Below, one piece after another: positions 49,411 to 62,102 of a stretch of DNA of 64,000 bases. The DNA is taken from assembly GCA_010015805.1 (NCBI GenBank), contig ML978129.1, forward strand, positions 1,612,001 to 1,676,000. Direction: 5' to 3'. The translations under genes were made by a program, and so were the position numbers. Below the pieces are notes generated by a model. That model ran no database searches, was not told where the DNA came from, and saw nothing but the letters and a program-made list of their open reading frames with translations. Position 1 is the stretch's first letter. Every line of letters begins with the position of its first letter. This DNA comes from Rhizodiscina lignyota. Taxonomy: Eukaryota.

Positions 49411-50906
49411 ATGTCAGATCCAAAGACATTTCAGAAACTCCGTCCAGCTGGTATAACACATTATCGACTATGGAGATAGATCACTAAGTCATCTCAGGAA
49501 GGCTGGAGAAGTTCTCAACAGCGAGACATGCGCTCGGGATCTACAACAATGTCTCATCAAGCGCTGTATATTCAACTTCGAAACCGGGCCCAAAATCGAT
49601 TGAGACGCTCATGTTCCGTACCCTAGCAGCGGTCATTGCTCAGCATCCATCATTAACCGCGATCCCAGTGGACGAAGACAAGGAATCGACGTACTTTGTG
49701 AGATTGCCGAAGGTTGACCTGAAGGATGCGGTCATCTTCCTTGATCGGGAGCACGACTTTGACGAGACTGGCGGGGCCTGCGATGAGGAATTGGACAATG
49801 TTGTCGAACGATATCACAACCACGATCAGAAAGACCGTTATGGCGAGATACCATTCTGGAAGTTGATCATTCTCCGAGAACCCAAAAACAATTCGAGATT
49901 TGCTGCAGCTTTTATATTTCACCATGCTGTTGGCGATGGAATGTCCGGACTAGCATTCCACAGAACATTTCTCACGGCTTTGCAAGGAGTAGAAGCAAGT
50001 GATAGCCAGGACGAGAATTTCTGCACCGTTATTACTCCTCCAGATATGCCAATGATACCAACACTGGAAACGCTACATCCGCTTCCTCTGTCTCTCTTCT
50101 TCCTCTTCAAAGCAATAATAGCGGAGTTCGTATACGGGCCACCAAAAGACCATTGGAATGCTGAACCAATATCTCTCGATCCCGACAAGCGACGGCGGCG
50201 ATTTCGTTCCATATCGCTCTCATCCGACTTGACGCAGAAACTAGTTGCGGCGTCTCGCGCACACTCCACATCTGTCACTGGCGCACTGGTAGCATGTTTC
50301 GCTGATTCTCTGTTTGCCAACCTCGAACCCGAGAAGTCTGCTGCACTCCTTGTAGACGGGGCTGTCTCATTGCGCAGATTCCTTCCGTCCAATGTCATCA
50401 ATGAGGACAGCATGGGCTGCTGGGTCTCGCGTTTTGAGCACAAGCATCTTCGAACATCGACTACTGTTGATGCGAAGTCTGGAGGCTCACCATTTCCTTG
50501 GGAAGAGGCAAAAGCGGTTAAGGACAGCATTGATGCGGAACTTGCAAAGAACGGGAGGGATGCGGTTACGGGCCTGCTCCGCTGGGCTGGCAATATGAAT
50601 CAGTTTTTCCTGAAGAAGAATGGCAAGACGAGAGGCAACAGCTTCGAGTTGTCCAATGTCGGCGTCTTTAAAGCACATCCTTCGACAAAAGTCAACGGTA
50701 CTGATCATGAGGATAGCGGTTGGCGGATTGGCAGGATGTTGTTCAGCCAGAGCGCAGATTTGACTGGTCCACCAGTCCATGTCACCGTGGTGACCGGAGG
50801 GGATGGATGTCTGAGCATCGGCTTCTCATGGTTGGCAATGAACTTTGAGGATGCTTGGTTCGAGAAGGTGTTGAAGGATTTTAGGGCAAGATTGGACGGG
50901 ATCTGA
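49411..50906 (+). CDS. Alcohol acetyltransferase (AATase family)
   Basis: KLRPAG|RLEKFSTARH start, catalytic HHAVGDG and SFELSNVG. One 5' intron. Confidence 0.9.
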
Positions 50907-52369
50907 AGGGAGACGTCTCTTGATATCATTTCCGCAAAGGGGAGGGAAGGACGCTCAATAGCATCTTCAGGATATTCCCACAAATTTAGAAGCTGCAAAA
51001 TATTTGGAGAATTCCCAATAACTTCGATTGCAAGCTAGCTTGGATCGCTCCTCCATGTGAGGTGCGTTGCCTGGGGGAAAGAACACCCAGCTGAGAATAA
51101 TGGTCTCTTGAAGAGAATCAGGTTATACATCCCGAATAAGGCCATCTCGACGATCCCAGGAAATATTTCCCAGAGCCGCTTTGTTCTTATATTACTGTTG
51201 TGACAGTAGTAGGCAAGCTCGTAGTCAGGCAGGCAAAAATGATACTATTAAGACGTGGGGGTCCAGAAGCGATCACTTGAGCCTTCAGAAAACGACGTTG
51301 GAGACCTTCCACAGAGGCTGAAATTGCAGTGCGAGTGTCAACAAGTGACACAAGTGATAGCCTTGGACATGTGGGTCGAAAATGGCAAGCAGCAGGCAGA
51401 GGGTATTGCGTGATACTGAAATAGCCCGCCGTAATTTAGCAGCGCACTACAACTAAACTGGCGACTCTACCCCGTGCTTCGATTTTTGTTCGGCCATTAA
51501 GCATAGCAGGGGACTTTCCTAACCCTTAGATTTTAGGATATCATATATAGCGTCTCCAGATCCTATACTACTACTCTAAATGCCTCACCATTCTAGGGGA
51601 AATAATGCCTTGGAATCATTGAAGTATCCGCGGTATCGTCTCCGGCTCAATGTCGGAATCTCAAATACTCCGACGTCAGGACGTCAACGTAGATATCGAA
51701 CTGCTGCCTAATCCCTCACCTCTTCTTAATTATCGTTCTTGAATTTCAGTTCTGCTCGACATTATTTAAGGACTTCTCTAGTCGATGTTGAAACTTCCCT
51801 GACTCCGAGGCCACGTACGGCTTTCCACGCCGATATTTTTCGATTGTGCCCGGAGTTCAGCATGGGTTCTAGTATCTGCCTCCACTCCCGTGTCCTTTTT
51901 CATCATCCAATATCGATAGGGCGTTAATAGCCGAATAATTTTGCAATCGGTCCTCGCAAAACCTTGTGATCTCGTGCTTTGTTCCTCTCTAGTTCCACGG
52001 CTTAGCTAAGTCCGTTTCTATCTCCTGTTAAAGCCGACCTTGCGGCTCCACAGCATTTAGATACACTTGAAGCCTACCTTAGTTTCATGCGGAAACGGAA
52101 TGAAATTGTGACCGGACAATCAGAAGAGCCCTAGATACAAGTGACCGTAGCGTATTCCCAAGGTCGGATTCTGAGTTCCCCCGGTCGAGATTGTTTTCCC
52201 TTTATGGAAGCATGCGTCTTGCTTCAGATCCACGCTCCCTCACAGAGCAAAAGTGCACTTAATTTTCGGCCTATAAATTTCATATCCCCTCCACCCTTTG
52301 AAGCCCCAAAATATCAATCTGATCCTATCTTTCAAATTTCGTTATTCGCAGGTTCTCACATTGACTGTA

Positions 52370-53399
52370 ATGTCTCAAACCAAGCATCTTGAACGAGTTG
52401 CTATTGTCGGCGTAAGTCAACGTAAATCCAGGCCCTACAACAAACGATGACCATATATAGGCCAGCGGCCGTATCGGCGGTGCTTTTGCCGAGGAGTTGC
52501 TCAAGACCGGCAAACACACAGTCACGGCCATAACACGCCCAGAGAGTCAAGGTACCCTGCCTGAGGGGGTCAAGGCGGTCCAAGTCAACTACGATGACGA
52601 AGAGTCTATCGTCTCGGCGCTCAAGGGGCAAGAATTCCTCATCATCACGCTCTCCGTCACTGCACCTGCAGAAGTCCACACTAAGCTCGTCAAGGCAGCG
52701 GGCAAGGCTGGCGTTCCTTACATCATGCCCAACGTGTATGGCTTGGATATCGAGAACAAGGCCCTTTGCGGGTCCCACCCCTACGCAGCCCAAGCTCTCC
52801 AAAAGCTTGCAGAGGTCGAGAGCGTCGGTGCCTCGTACGTCGTGCTAGTGTGCGGATATTGGTACGAATGGAGTCTTGCGCTGGGCGAGCCGTGGTTCGG
52901 ATTCGAAATCAAGAAGAGAACGGTCACATTCTTTGACGACGGCAAGACGCGCATCAACGGTAGCACTTGGCCCCAGTGTGGACGTGCCCTAGCCGCACTG
53001 TTGAGCTTGCCCGAGAGCGGCTCATCCCCAAGCTTGTCGGATTGGAAGAACAAGCCCTTGTACATCGACAGCTTCAAGTTCAGCCAGAGGGACATACTCG
53101 ACAGCCTCCATCGTGTTCTGGGCACGACCGATAAAGATTGGGAGATTACGTACCAGCCGACAGATGAGCGATTCAAGGAGGGTCTTGAAGAACTGAAACA
53201 GGGCGAGAGAAGAGGCCTTGCAAAAGCCATGTACGCTCGTGTTTTCTTCCCGAACGGGGACGGCGACTACGAATCGAACAGGGGATTGGCTAATGATGTG
53301 CTTGGCTTGAAAAAGGATGATTTGGACGAGTCGACTAAGCGGGCAGTGGAGATGGTCGAGGCAGGCTGGAGCCCATTCATTCCACAGGTGAAGTTTTGA
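52370..53399 (+). CDS. NmrA/isoflavone-reductase-like oxidoreductase (CipA-like)
   Basis: VAIVG|ASGRIGG Rossmann motif, AAGKAGVPYIMPN, CGYWYEWSL and STWPQCGRA. Confidence 0.9.
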
Positions 53400-53528
53400 T
53401 GAAGATGATGTGATTTATTACAGTACTGTCCGCCTTTAAGATTAAGCTCTAAAGAAAGTCTCAAACGTACAATCGTATCCAACTTGATAATGTATGCTGT
53501 TTCTCTATTGCTAGAACACGGAGACAAT

Positions 53529-55808
53529 TCATGACCTCATCAACCTTTCAAACCTGCCCTCGCGAGGCGGCGTATCGTCAAGCACGCCGGCCGTCTGTCC
53601 TGCGGTCTGTCCACCTCGTGCGTGTGTATGCTCTGCGGGGACACCACCACGCATTCTGGCCTCCATAGTCTGTAACTCCTCCCGCATCAGGTCCTCTTCT
53701 GCCGACCCATCATTCTCCTGATTCCTCTGCCACGAGGGCAGAGTCCTGAACATTGAGCGTGGTGGCTCAGGTGGTCGATTTAAGAAGCCACGCGAGGGCT
53801 GTGGAGCACTGCCGTGATGGCTCGCGGGATATTGTTGCGTCTGATGGTGATCTCTCGGTCTCGCACCATGGCTGTACGGTCGCTCTGGTCTGCGACTCGT
53901 ATGCACAGTTTCACTTCGTGTCAGTGCCGACGGAACTGGAACGGGGAGAGAGCGACGATTCAAAATCATGTGCGGGTTGGGATAGCGCCCATAGTCGTCG
54001 AAACTGTCCAAGCCTGGAGAGAAAACTGCAAAAGTGCGGTTGCTGGATGCGGTCTGTGGAACAGGAGTACGACGACCGCTAGGGAGGGGGAAGGTCTCGG
54101 GAGTCTCGAGCCATCCTGGGTTCCACAGATTGGCAGACTGCCCCTGAGTTAAAAGCGATGAGGGGCTTCGGAATTTGGCAGGCCGTGTAATGTCAAGAAC
54201 GCTATCCGAGCGACTAGGCTCTGCTGTCAAAGCCGGCGCATAAGAAGGCGGGGGATATGTATATGGTTGAGCATTACGAGGATGTTCAATGTGGGTGTGG
54301 AGTGTCTGAGAGTATCGACGTTGTGATATCCCCTTAACAGTGCTTGATCGATGCACATGTGTCCGAGCTGGCTCCAGTCGCACGGGAGACTGTAGTGGAG
54401 GGGGTAAAGCCACAGATCGAATCCGAACAGGAGATGGAGAGCCAGCAGTGACTTTAGCAAGCAGTGCTTCTGAGTTGTCTATAGAAGAGCTTTCGACCTC
54501 TGGAGTATCTCCTGTTCCAGATGAAGGCAGTAGCGGAGAAGACTGTTTATCAGGCGAGCCAAACGAGGGAAACCGAATGTGTGAGCCCATTTCGTGTGTT
54601 CTTGCCGTGTGGAAAGATGTGATTGAAGGGGCGCTTGAGTACTCGGAAGAAGCATCCTGTTCAAGTTGCTCAAGCGGAGATATGTAGTCGCCAAGAATTT
54701 CGAGAATTGGTGACCCAGCAGAAAAGCTACGATGAGTTCCAAGGTATGAGCTTCTCCGAGGGTCGTGTGGCAGGGAATGTGTCAGCGGCGTGTTCGGTCT
54801 AATGCTGACAGACGAAGTGCGGGAGTGAATTATCTCGGAAGAGACAATGCGCGATGTCAGGTTCGGTGTAGACATACTTGATATTCTCTGGGTAGATGGC
54901 CGCAAGAGACCCGCAGACCGTATACTCATGCTAGTGGCACCAGAATGTAATGGTTCATGCGAGTTCTGAGATCGTAGGGTCATAGGCTCCTCATATTCAT
55001 TCTTCGCTCGATATTGCATTGATGCGGCAGGATTTGTGAAGGGACCATACGAAGTTGTTGTGTACGGTTCTGCACTAATGGATCGGTCACCGGTATAATG
55101 TTGTGGGCGGAGGTATCCATCGTCAACAGAACTGTCGTTTGAGTACGTCGCAGCTCTTGCTTTTTGGAAAGTGGCAGTGCGCATGGGAAGAGAGGACGAT
55201 GCTTTATGTTCCAGGTCTAGTGTTATATTTCGCTCAGGAGAGCTGACAACATGACTCTGGTGCAACGGTGACCTTGGAAGGACGGGGTTGTGCCGAAGTC
55301 GGTGGACAAATGGCAGTTGGTGTGATGGTACCGGGAGAGGATCGTCGCCGCCAGGAGCATCCACAGCACCATCGAGAGTCAAACCAGAGGAAAATTGTTG
55401 TGACAGCAGTGATACAGAGTCAATAGAGCGAGGAACGCCGAGCTTGGCCAGATCTTTGCGATATCGCGGAGGGCTCAGCTCCGCTTCCTGCCAATTGGAA
55501 TCTGATATCTCCGAGCCAGCTCCAGTTGAGCTCTCAATCGAAGAACTTCTGGTCCTCTGCGCATCTGGCCAGTGTCCATGATCCGCTTCCGTGGCGGCAT
55601 ATTCCAAGTTGGCTGCAGCTGGCGCAAAGATTTGGTTATGGTAGGTGAATGCATCCTCCCATGAACGTAGTGCTCCGCGCCGCACCCGTGGAAGAGGCAC
55701 TGGATATCCTTGTTCTGCAGCTGCAGCATCTCGCATCGCCATGCGACGAAATGCATGATCAATGTCTGGCATGGTCAGCGTGATCGCAGTTGGAGGGCAG
55801 CGAAGCAT
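53529..55808 (-). CDS. Long Ser/Pro-rich hypothetical protein with Cdc26-like N-terminal peptide
   Basis: Uninterrupted ~760-codon ORF starting MLRCPPTAITLTMPDI; NQEN motif near the C-terminus. Confidence 0.75.
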   Translation of the reverse strand: MLRCPPTAITLTMPDIDHAFRRMAMRDAAAAEQGYPVPLPRVRRGALRSWEDAFTYHNQIFAPAAANLEYAATEADHGHWPDAQRTRSSSIESSTGAGSEISDSNWQEAELSPPRYRKDLAKLGVPRSIDSVSLLSQQFSSGLTLDGAVDAPGGDDPLPVPSHQLPFVHRLRHNPVLPRSPLHQSHVVSSPERNITLDLEHKASSSLPMRTATFQKARAATYSNDSSVDDGYLRPQHYTGDRSISAEPYTTTSYGPFTNPAASMQYRAKNEYEEPMTLRSQNSHEPLHSGATSMSIRSAGLLRPSTQRISSMSTPNLTSRIVSSEIIHSRTSSVSIRPNTPLTHSLPHDPRRSSYLGTHRSFSAGSPILEILGDYISPLEQLEQDASSEYSSAPSITSFHTARTHEMGSHIRFPSFGSPDKQSSPLLPSSGTGDTPEVESSSIDNSEALLAKVTAGSPSPVRIRSVALPPPLQSPVRLEPARTHVHRSSTVKGISQRRYSQTLHTHIEHPRNAQPYTYPPPSYAPALTAEPSRSDSVLDITRPAKFRSPSSLLTQGQSANLWNPGWLETPETFPLPSGRRTPVPQTASSNRTFAVFSPGLDSFDDYGRYPNPHMILNRRSLPVPVPSALTRSETVHTSRRPERPYSHGARPRDHHQTQQYPASHHGSAPQPSRGFLNRPPEPPRSMFRTLPSWQRNQENDGSAEEDLMREELQTMEARMRGGVPAEHTHARGGQTAGQTAGVLDDTPPREGRFERLMRS

Positions 55809-56923
55809 CGTCAAAGATATATAGAGAGGTTCGTTGTGACCTGGTGCGCAACTGAGAGAGGCAGAACGCGGATGAAGTCTTTAGAGTTCCGCATTCAACA
55901 ACTGAAATCAAACATGATTGAAGCAAACAGAGTTTTGCCATGGTGACAGGGAGAATAAGGGAAAACAAAGCGCATCCGAGAGTGGCTTCCTCATGTTTGT
56001 ATTTACAACGGCTTCAAATGCTGTCCCTAACCACAAAGGTAGGCTCAACTGAGCTCCGAGATACAGATCTACATAAGATCTCGGTACTGGTCGTGATTGC
56101 GTCCTGGGATATTGTGTACCACGGCTGCACTTTAAAACAAACCAGGAAAGGACGAGCGAGGGTGAACAAGCCAGCAAAATGGATATCGGACACAGAGAAG
56201 CCATGACGTCGCAGATGAGCCGCCTGCATCGTCAGTTCAACTCCCATGTGCTAGAGATATATCCATTCTCGAGCGCTACAAAGTAGTCAAATGCGACCTA
56301 GGCTGTAACATTTGGCAACGGAACCGCTGTTCGGAGTGCATCCGGTGAAAGTGAGGGGATCTTTGATTGCTTGACTGTTCTTCGTAGTTTCTCATCAAAG
56401 AAAAGGAAAAGGCAGACTGCCGGAGATTAGCCGATGGAAGTCTAGGATAGCACGCTAAGAGCATAAAATGTCCCAATACGGAAGTGCGGAGGGCGATTGG
56501 TGGAAAGACAGAATCTTGTGTTCCGCCATAACTTCGCCTAGGCATGATTCCTAATAGTTGTTTCTCTGTGTGAACCTGTATGCTAGGTCTTAGAACAGGA
56601 TCTTAATAATAGCAACAGGAGGTATAATGTTTGATGCGGCAGAGCGGAGAAGCGATGCTCGAGGCGTCATGCCGCGCGCGTGCCGCATTGCCCCGGCGAG
56701 TCACAGCTTGAGGATGATGCGGAGATATGAAAGACTGTCTGGATCTCATTAATCATTTAAGCATCTAGAGCCCTCGCCGAAGGATTAGAAGTTGACATTG
56801 GGAGCAGACGAATATAGGGATTCAGGGAGGCTATCAGGCATAAGCCTTTCCCATCTCAGATCTTGAGCCTTTCGAAGAAGCTTCCCAACTAGCTACACAA
56901 ACGCATCTTCATCTCAATCGAAA

Positions 56924-57805
56924 ATGTTGGACATGTGGTTTCACCCTGTCGCAACTGGCGAGGCGGCAGTAACAGTGGAAGCACACAACAAACCTCAGGA
57001 TCTGACTCTCTGGTCCACCTGGTTTGATCCATTTTCGCATCGTCCATGGATTGCTCTTGAGGAGAAACAAGTCCCATACCAATTCAGAAATGTACGTTGC
57101 CTCTCCAAGATGTTCATCTCTGCCGTTCTGAACCTCCCGGGCAGACCAACCCGTTTCTCCAAGAGCCATCTTTCCTCGGCGTCAGCCCACGAGGCCTCGT
57201 TCCAGCCCTGACAGTTGCCGACGGCCGCCCCGTAAATGATTCCATTATCATTTGCGAGTATATAGAAGACGCTTTCCCTTCGGCTCCGTCTCTTTTTCCG
57301 CAAGACCCCTATGAGCGATCCGTTGTACGGACGTGGGTCGACCGTGTCAACAAGGGCTTCGTGCCATGCTTCTTCCGATTGATGCAGGCGCAGCCCACAA
57401 CGGAGCCCGAAGCGCATGAGAAAGCGCTACAGGAACTGTACGACGAGCTGAGCGCTGTATGTGCGAATTGGAAAGGGCCATTTTTCCTTGGTGAGAAGTT
57501 CAGCCTGGTGGACATAGCAATAGGGCCATGGGCGGTCAGAGACTTCATTGTGGAGAGGTATAGAGGGTTCGAGAGGCAGAAGGTGAAAGGATGGACGGAG
57601 TGGGCCGAGGCTTTGGCTTCAAGACCGAGTATAGCAAAGACAACGAGTGTGAGTGCAATGCATTTGGATGATATCCGCAATGGAAGGAGCTGACTAGGAT
57701 AAATAGGAAAAGGAGAAGTACGTTGAGTTCAACCAGACCTTTTTAAGGAACGAGTCGCATAGCCGAGTCGCTATTGCGGCAAGAAGTGGCAGATCAATTC
57801 TATAA
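56924..57805 (+). CDS. Glutathione S-transferase (fungal omega-like), atypical active site
   Basis: HPVATGEAA..WFDPFSHRPWIALEEK, SPRGLVPAL, DSIIICEYIED and GPFFLGEKFSLVDIAIGPW. Two introns. Confidence 0.9.
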
Positions 57806-58245
57806 GGAGCTCTTGCTAGAAGAGCAGAAGAGGAAAGATTCGTTGAGGCATGAAGAGAATCATTATGACTATCAGGAGACGGGTGACAAATGGAAGTGAT
57901 GCTAATAGATAAACCCGAAGAGGCAAAATGAGACCACGAGGTGACGCCCAAATGATGCGCTGTTCTGATTGCCGACGCTCGCGGACGACATGAGTTTTTA
58001 ATAAACTTGGTAGTGCATCAGGCCACAAGGTGACCTATATGTAGTCAGTCTTGAATCTCCATGCATCGATATAGTGTTACCCACCACGCTCATTCTCAAA
58101 CTCTCGCTGAGGGCGAGGAGAGCCAGCAATTGGGTACGGCAGTGATGTTTTATTTTGGCGCTCTTTGACTGAGAGGGAGCCTTCAGCCCAAGTTGGTCAA
58201 GCTCCCTGGGCTAATCTACAAATACATCGAGTCATGACGGCAGCC

Positions 58246-59916
58246 TCATGTCGTGTCCATTTCCAGCACTGGCGGCCTGCTTCCCGGCAACTCTGCAAGG
58301 TTACTTTGTCCGTGGACTTCATGTCTCCGGTCGTTGGGCGGAAGCTCACCCGGCTCGACTGATTCCAGCTCTGCGGGCTTCACCATCGAATCATTTGGCA
58401 GCTCTGCCTTTTCAAAACGTCCGCCAGCGTCTGCAGAAGCCTTCGCCTTTCGCTTCTGACGCCTCCTGTACCAGAGAAGGCAGGCTGCAAGGCCCGATAC
58501 AAGAATCACGCCCAGCGAGATTCCTACGCCAATGCCAGCCTTGGCTCCTGAGCTTAGGCCAGATGACTGGACAGCTGTATTTGAGGGAGATGTTGCTGCG
58601 GCTGTGGATGCTGATGTACCGGTGCTTGTTACGGATGTGGAAGTGGTATGAGGTGACCCGACAGCGCCCGGCACTCCGTTCTTCCCAGGTGTGATCTGCA
58701 GAATGTTTTGACTTGTCGAATTGAAGTTCGTCTGTGCAAATGACATCTCGTTGTTATCGAGGTTGTGCACAAGGTATGTACTGCTCAAGAACGTGTCGCC
58801 AAGGACGTACGGCTCGCTGCCGTTCACGATGCCAAAGAAGCATTCGACGTTGCCCTTGCTTCCATACTGGTGGATGACGAGCTCTGCTAGTGATACATTG
58901 ACAGTGGGCCATGAAAGGGTGAAATCCAGCGTAGTTTGATTGTTCGCCTGATCACAGTCGATCGACCAGAGGCTTGCATTGACGTCGTACTTAGTGGCTC
59001 CTACCAACGCAAGGATTGTACTTGTTATATTGTCTGGTAGGACGGTGTACCTTGTAGAAGCATCTACAGCCACTGTAATGTTGCCTTTGGTCAATATTGC
59101 GGTGTCGCCAAACCGGAGATCTGTAAGCGAAACTAAGAGATTCGCTTGAGTCCCGCCTTGCGATGTGATTGGGATCGTGCGCAGAGGGCCGGTGTACTTG
59201 TCAGAGTCCACGCCACCAAATAATATCGAGCCTATCCCACTGGAAAGATCATTCAACCAGAGACTGTACGCATTCGATTTGATGACACCCTGATCCACTA
59301 GGAGTTGCGGGAAGTTGGAATACGGCTGTTTGTTTTCACCGTAGGCTTGATATTCCTGCTTCGTATATCCAAGACCGAGAACTCCCTGATCAGCGTTCGA
59401 GTCCAGGGCTATTCCAAATTGAACACCGTCTAACGTCTGGCCTCCCGCGAACCGGATAGTGTCGGTGGCGTACGCGCCTGTGACAGAGTTGCCGTCGCTA
59501 TACAATACTGAGAAGTTGTTGTTAACAGTGGCATATGTGGAAGACTCGTCTGGGTTGTATGTGCCGAACGGTGCGCAGTTATTAGACTTTGATTCGCAAT
59601 AGCTTGATGAGGGTACATTGACCCAAGTATCGCCAGCAGAGAGGTCGACTAAGAGTTCCACAACCTGCGCGGGAACTCCTATTGTGAGGTTGGCCTGAAA
59701 CGGTAGATATCCTGAGCCTGATTGGAGGGTTAGATCGACAGCATCGCGCCTGCCAACACGGATGAGTCTTTTGGCAATGTCATCTGGCTGAAATCTGCGC
59801 TTGATGTCGAGACTGAAGACGCCAGGCTTGAAGACGTCAGGGTGGGTTGACGCCGGGACAATACCGCACGCAGTCATGAGCAGTAGCCATGACTGACGTG
59901 AAATAGCAGCTGTCAT
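58246..59916 (-). CDS. Yapsin/SAP-like aspartic protease homologue with C-terminal TM anchor
   Basis: Signal peptide, GVLGLGY, AYSLWLND, LFGGVDSDKYTG, LGDTFLSSTY, Ser/Thr linker and TM GAKAGIGVGISLG. Confidence 0.88.
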   Translation of the reverse strand: MTAAISRQSWLLLMTACGIVPASTHPDVFKPGVFSLDIKRRFQPDDIAKRLIRVGRRDAVDLTLQSGSGYLPFQANLTIGVPAQVVELLVDLSAGDTWVNVPSSSYCESKSNNCAPFGTYNPDESSTYATVNNNFSVLYSDGNSVTGAYATDTIRFAGGQTLDGVQFGIALDSNADQGVLGLGYTKQEYQAYGENKQPYSNFPQLLVDQGVIKSNAYSLWLNDLSSGIGSILFGGVDSDKYTGPLRTIPITSQGGTQANLLVSLTDLRFGDTAILTKGNITVAVDASTRYTVLPDNITSTILALVGATKYDVNASLWSIDCDQANNQTTLDFTLSWPTVNVSLAELVIHQYGSKGNVECFFGIVNGSEPYVLGDTFLSSTYLVHNLDNNEMSFAQTNFNSTSQNILQITPGKNGVPGAVGSPHTTSTSVTSTGTSASTAAATSPSNTAVQSSGLSSGAKAGIGVGISLGVILVSGLAACLLWYRRRQKRKAKASADAGGRFEKAELPNDSMVKPAELESVEPGELPPNDRRHEVHGQSNLAELPGSRPPVLEMDTT

Positions 59917-60729
59917 TATTCAATACAGCTAGAAAGTCTGCGCCTAATAGCGCAGGCCGACGCGTATTTTTTATTTTTTTGGAAGCTCAAAACAGGAGAT
60001 GTTCATGAGGCTAATTGGGGGGCAGTGCCACCTTTTAACTCTAGTTTCCAGCCACTGAATCCTGTTCGGATATGGATCGCAATTAGGCATGTTTCCCGAT
60101 TGGAAAAAGTCACACTTCAAGTCTATCAACTAGTGAATGAACATTCGACTGACAAGTGGATCTACCTGACGTTCGTATAGAAAATGTCCATATGAATGTA
60201 TATTCACTTTTGTATCCATTTAAAGGCTGAAAAGCCGACGATGCCCCTGCATTGAACGCCCGAGCCGACGTTTTAAGACTACTGGGATCCATTTTATGTT
60301 AATAAGAATACTTTAATAAGTACTGTAAATGCTGAAGCGAGAAGCACGACAGTCGGAATAAGGCGAGTCACCTTGCTTGGGGCAGGACGCGGGTTCAACA
60401 AACACTGTACTTAGAAACTGAGCAACTCCTGAGACTGGGGTGGTTTGATGGGGAAGAGAACATCGCATATTGTATGACCCTCTTGAGAGAGTGTGAACTG
60501 TTACGAGCTCGTTTGTTAGCCTTGAAAGGGTTTCCCTTCGGGGTAGAGGATATGGCTTGTTGGGCCTCTCTTGTTTTAATCCCTACTGTTTGTCAATCCA
60601 AGTATCTTTATCCTGCACAAACGCCTGGGTATATATAGACCTCCAAAGATAGCAAGCTTCTTACAATCTAAGCTTGCTACTCCGTTCTGTAATCCCACGG
60701 AACAGGTCCAATGATATATGCACTCGTGA

Positions 60730-62102
60730 TCATTTCGATTCTCCTTCATCTAAGGAAGAATCCGCGTCCGTTTCAACATTCGGCTCCCAGCCGCCAAAAC
60801 CATCAACTGCAGCAACATCCATCCCACTTAATCGTCGCATTATCTCACGGATCCCGTGAGGCATGACGCCCAGCCATCCCATATATCTCGAATACATCGG
60901 CATACTAATCTCTCCGCTTCGGCCTTCCTTAATGTAGCGCACTATTTCACGGCCCAGTTCAACTGGTTCGACGATTGGCGCTAGGAAGTTGGAAGGTGTT
61001 GCCACGTCGGCGAACATACGTGTATTCAATTGACCTGGGGACACAAGAATTGTGCGAATATTCGCCGCCTTGGGGTTTTCGCGGGCTAAAACATTAAGAT
61101 CTGCTCGTAGAGAGGCATGCATTGAGAGTAGCGCGGCTTTGGTTGAAGTGTACGCTGCTTTTTGGAAGTTAGTATCGCACAAAACAACGAGTGCGGTAAA
61201 GATGAGAGCATTGAAGCTCGAGGGACCGTTTGCAGGACTGAAACACATACAGAGATTGGCGCAGCCGACCTTTCCCATTACACTTGAAATAGTCACGACA
61301 CAGCCTCGTCTTTTCTTAATCATGTCTGGAAACCATAAATGGAGTGCGTGAAAATGAGACAAGACGTTTATGCGATAGATACTAATGACATTGTTAGGGA
61401 CTGCCATTCTCTCCCATCAACAATTGACGCACCGTTCGACTTCTTCAATGGAAACGCCGAAGATTGGTCCCGGGCTCACCACGGCGGCGTTATTGATCAG
61501 GACTGTTGGAACGACGCCAAACTATTTGGATATTAACGGAACGGAATGCATCGTACAGGAGGCAAGAGCTGGGTAATGTATTTGAGAGCACTTGGACCAC
61601 TACTTACCTCTTTTCTGATCTTCTTGGCAACTTCCTCCATCTCCTTTTGGCTGCCAACATCGCATTGAAAGAACGTAACGCCTCGGACCTCTTCGAGGTC
61701 CCGTTTTGGCTTATCAATATCAAGGACAATAACAGTAGCCCCATTCATGCCCAACATTTGGGCCAGGCTTAATCCAAGGCCATTAGCACCTCCAGTGATG
61801 ACTACCACCTCTTCTCCCAAGTCAACTTCTTTAGAACCGGGAAAGGCGACGGCATCATCAATATAGAAGAACAAATGCACGGCATTGACGAGCACGGCAA
61901 AGATGCATGTCCCAATGACGACAGGGTGATAAGCTGATCGTCCAAGGGAAATGAGAGAAAGCGGGACAATCCAAGATATGAAGGGATGCAGGAAAGATCG
62001 TTGAAGGACGCGCCAGAGAAGATCAATAGTAATGTGATCGAACCATGATGGGCCCTGAGAACCATGGATCTCCCGCGCAAGGGTTTGGGTTGGACGTGAC
62101 AT
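60730..62102 (-). CDS. Short-chain dehydrogenase/reductase (Tda5/17-beta-HSD11-like), membrane-anchored
   Basis: VITGGANGLG, CDVG, LINNAA and YTSTK motifs; several introns. Confidence 0.9.
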
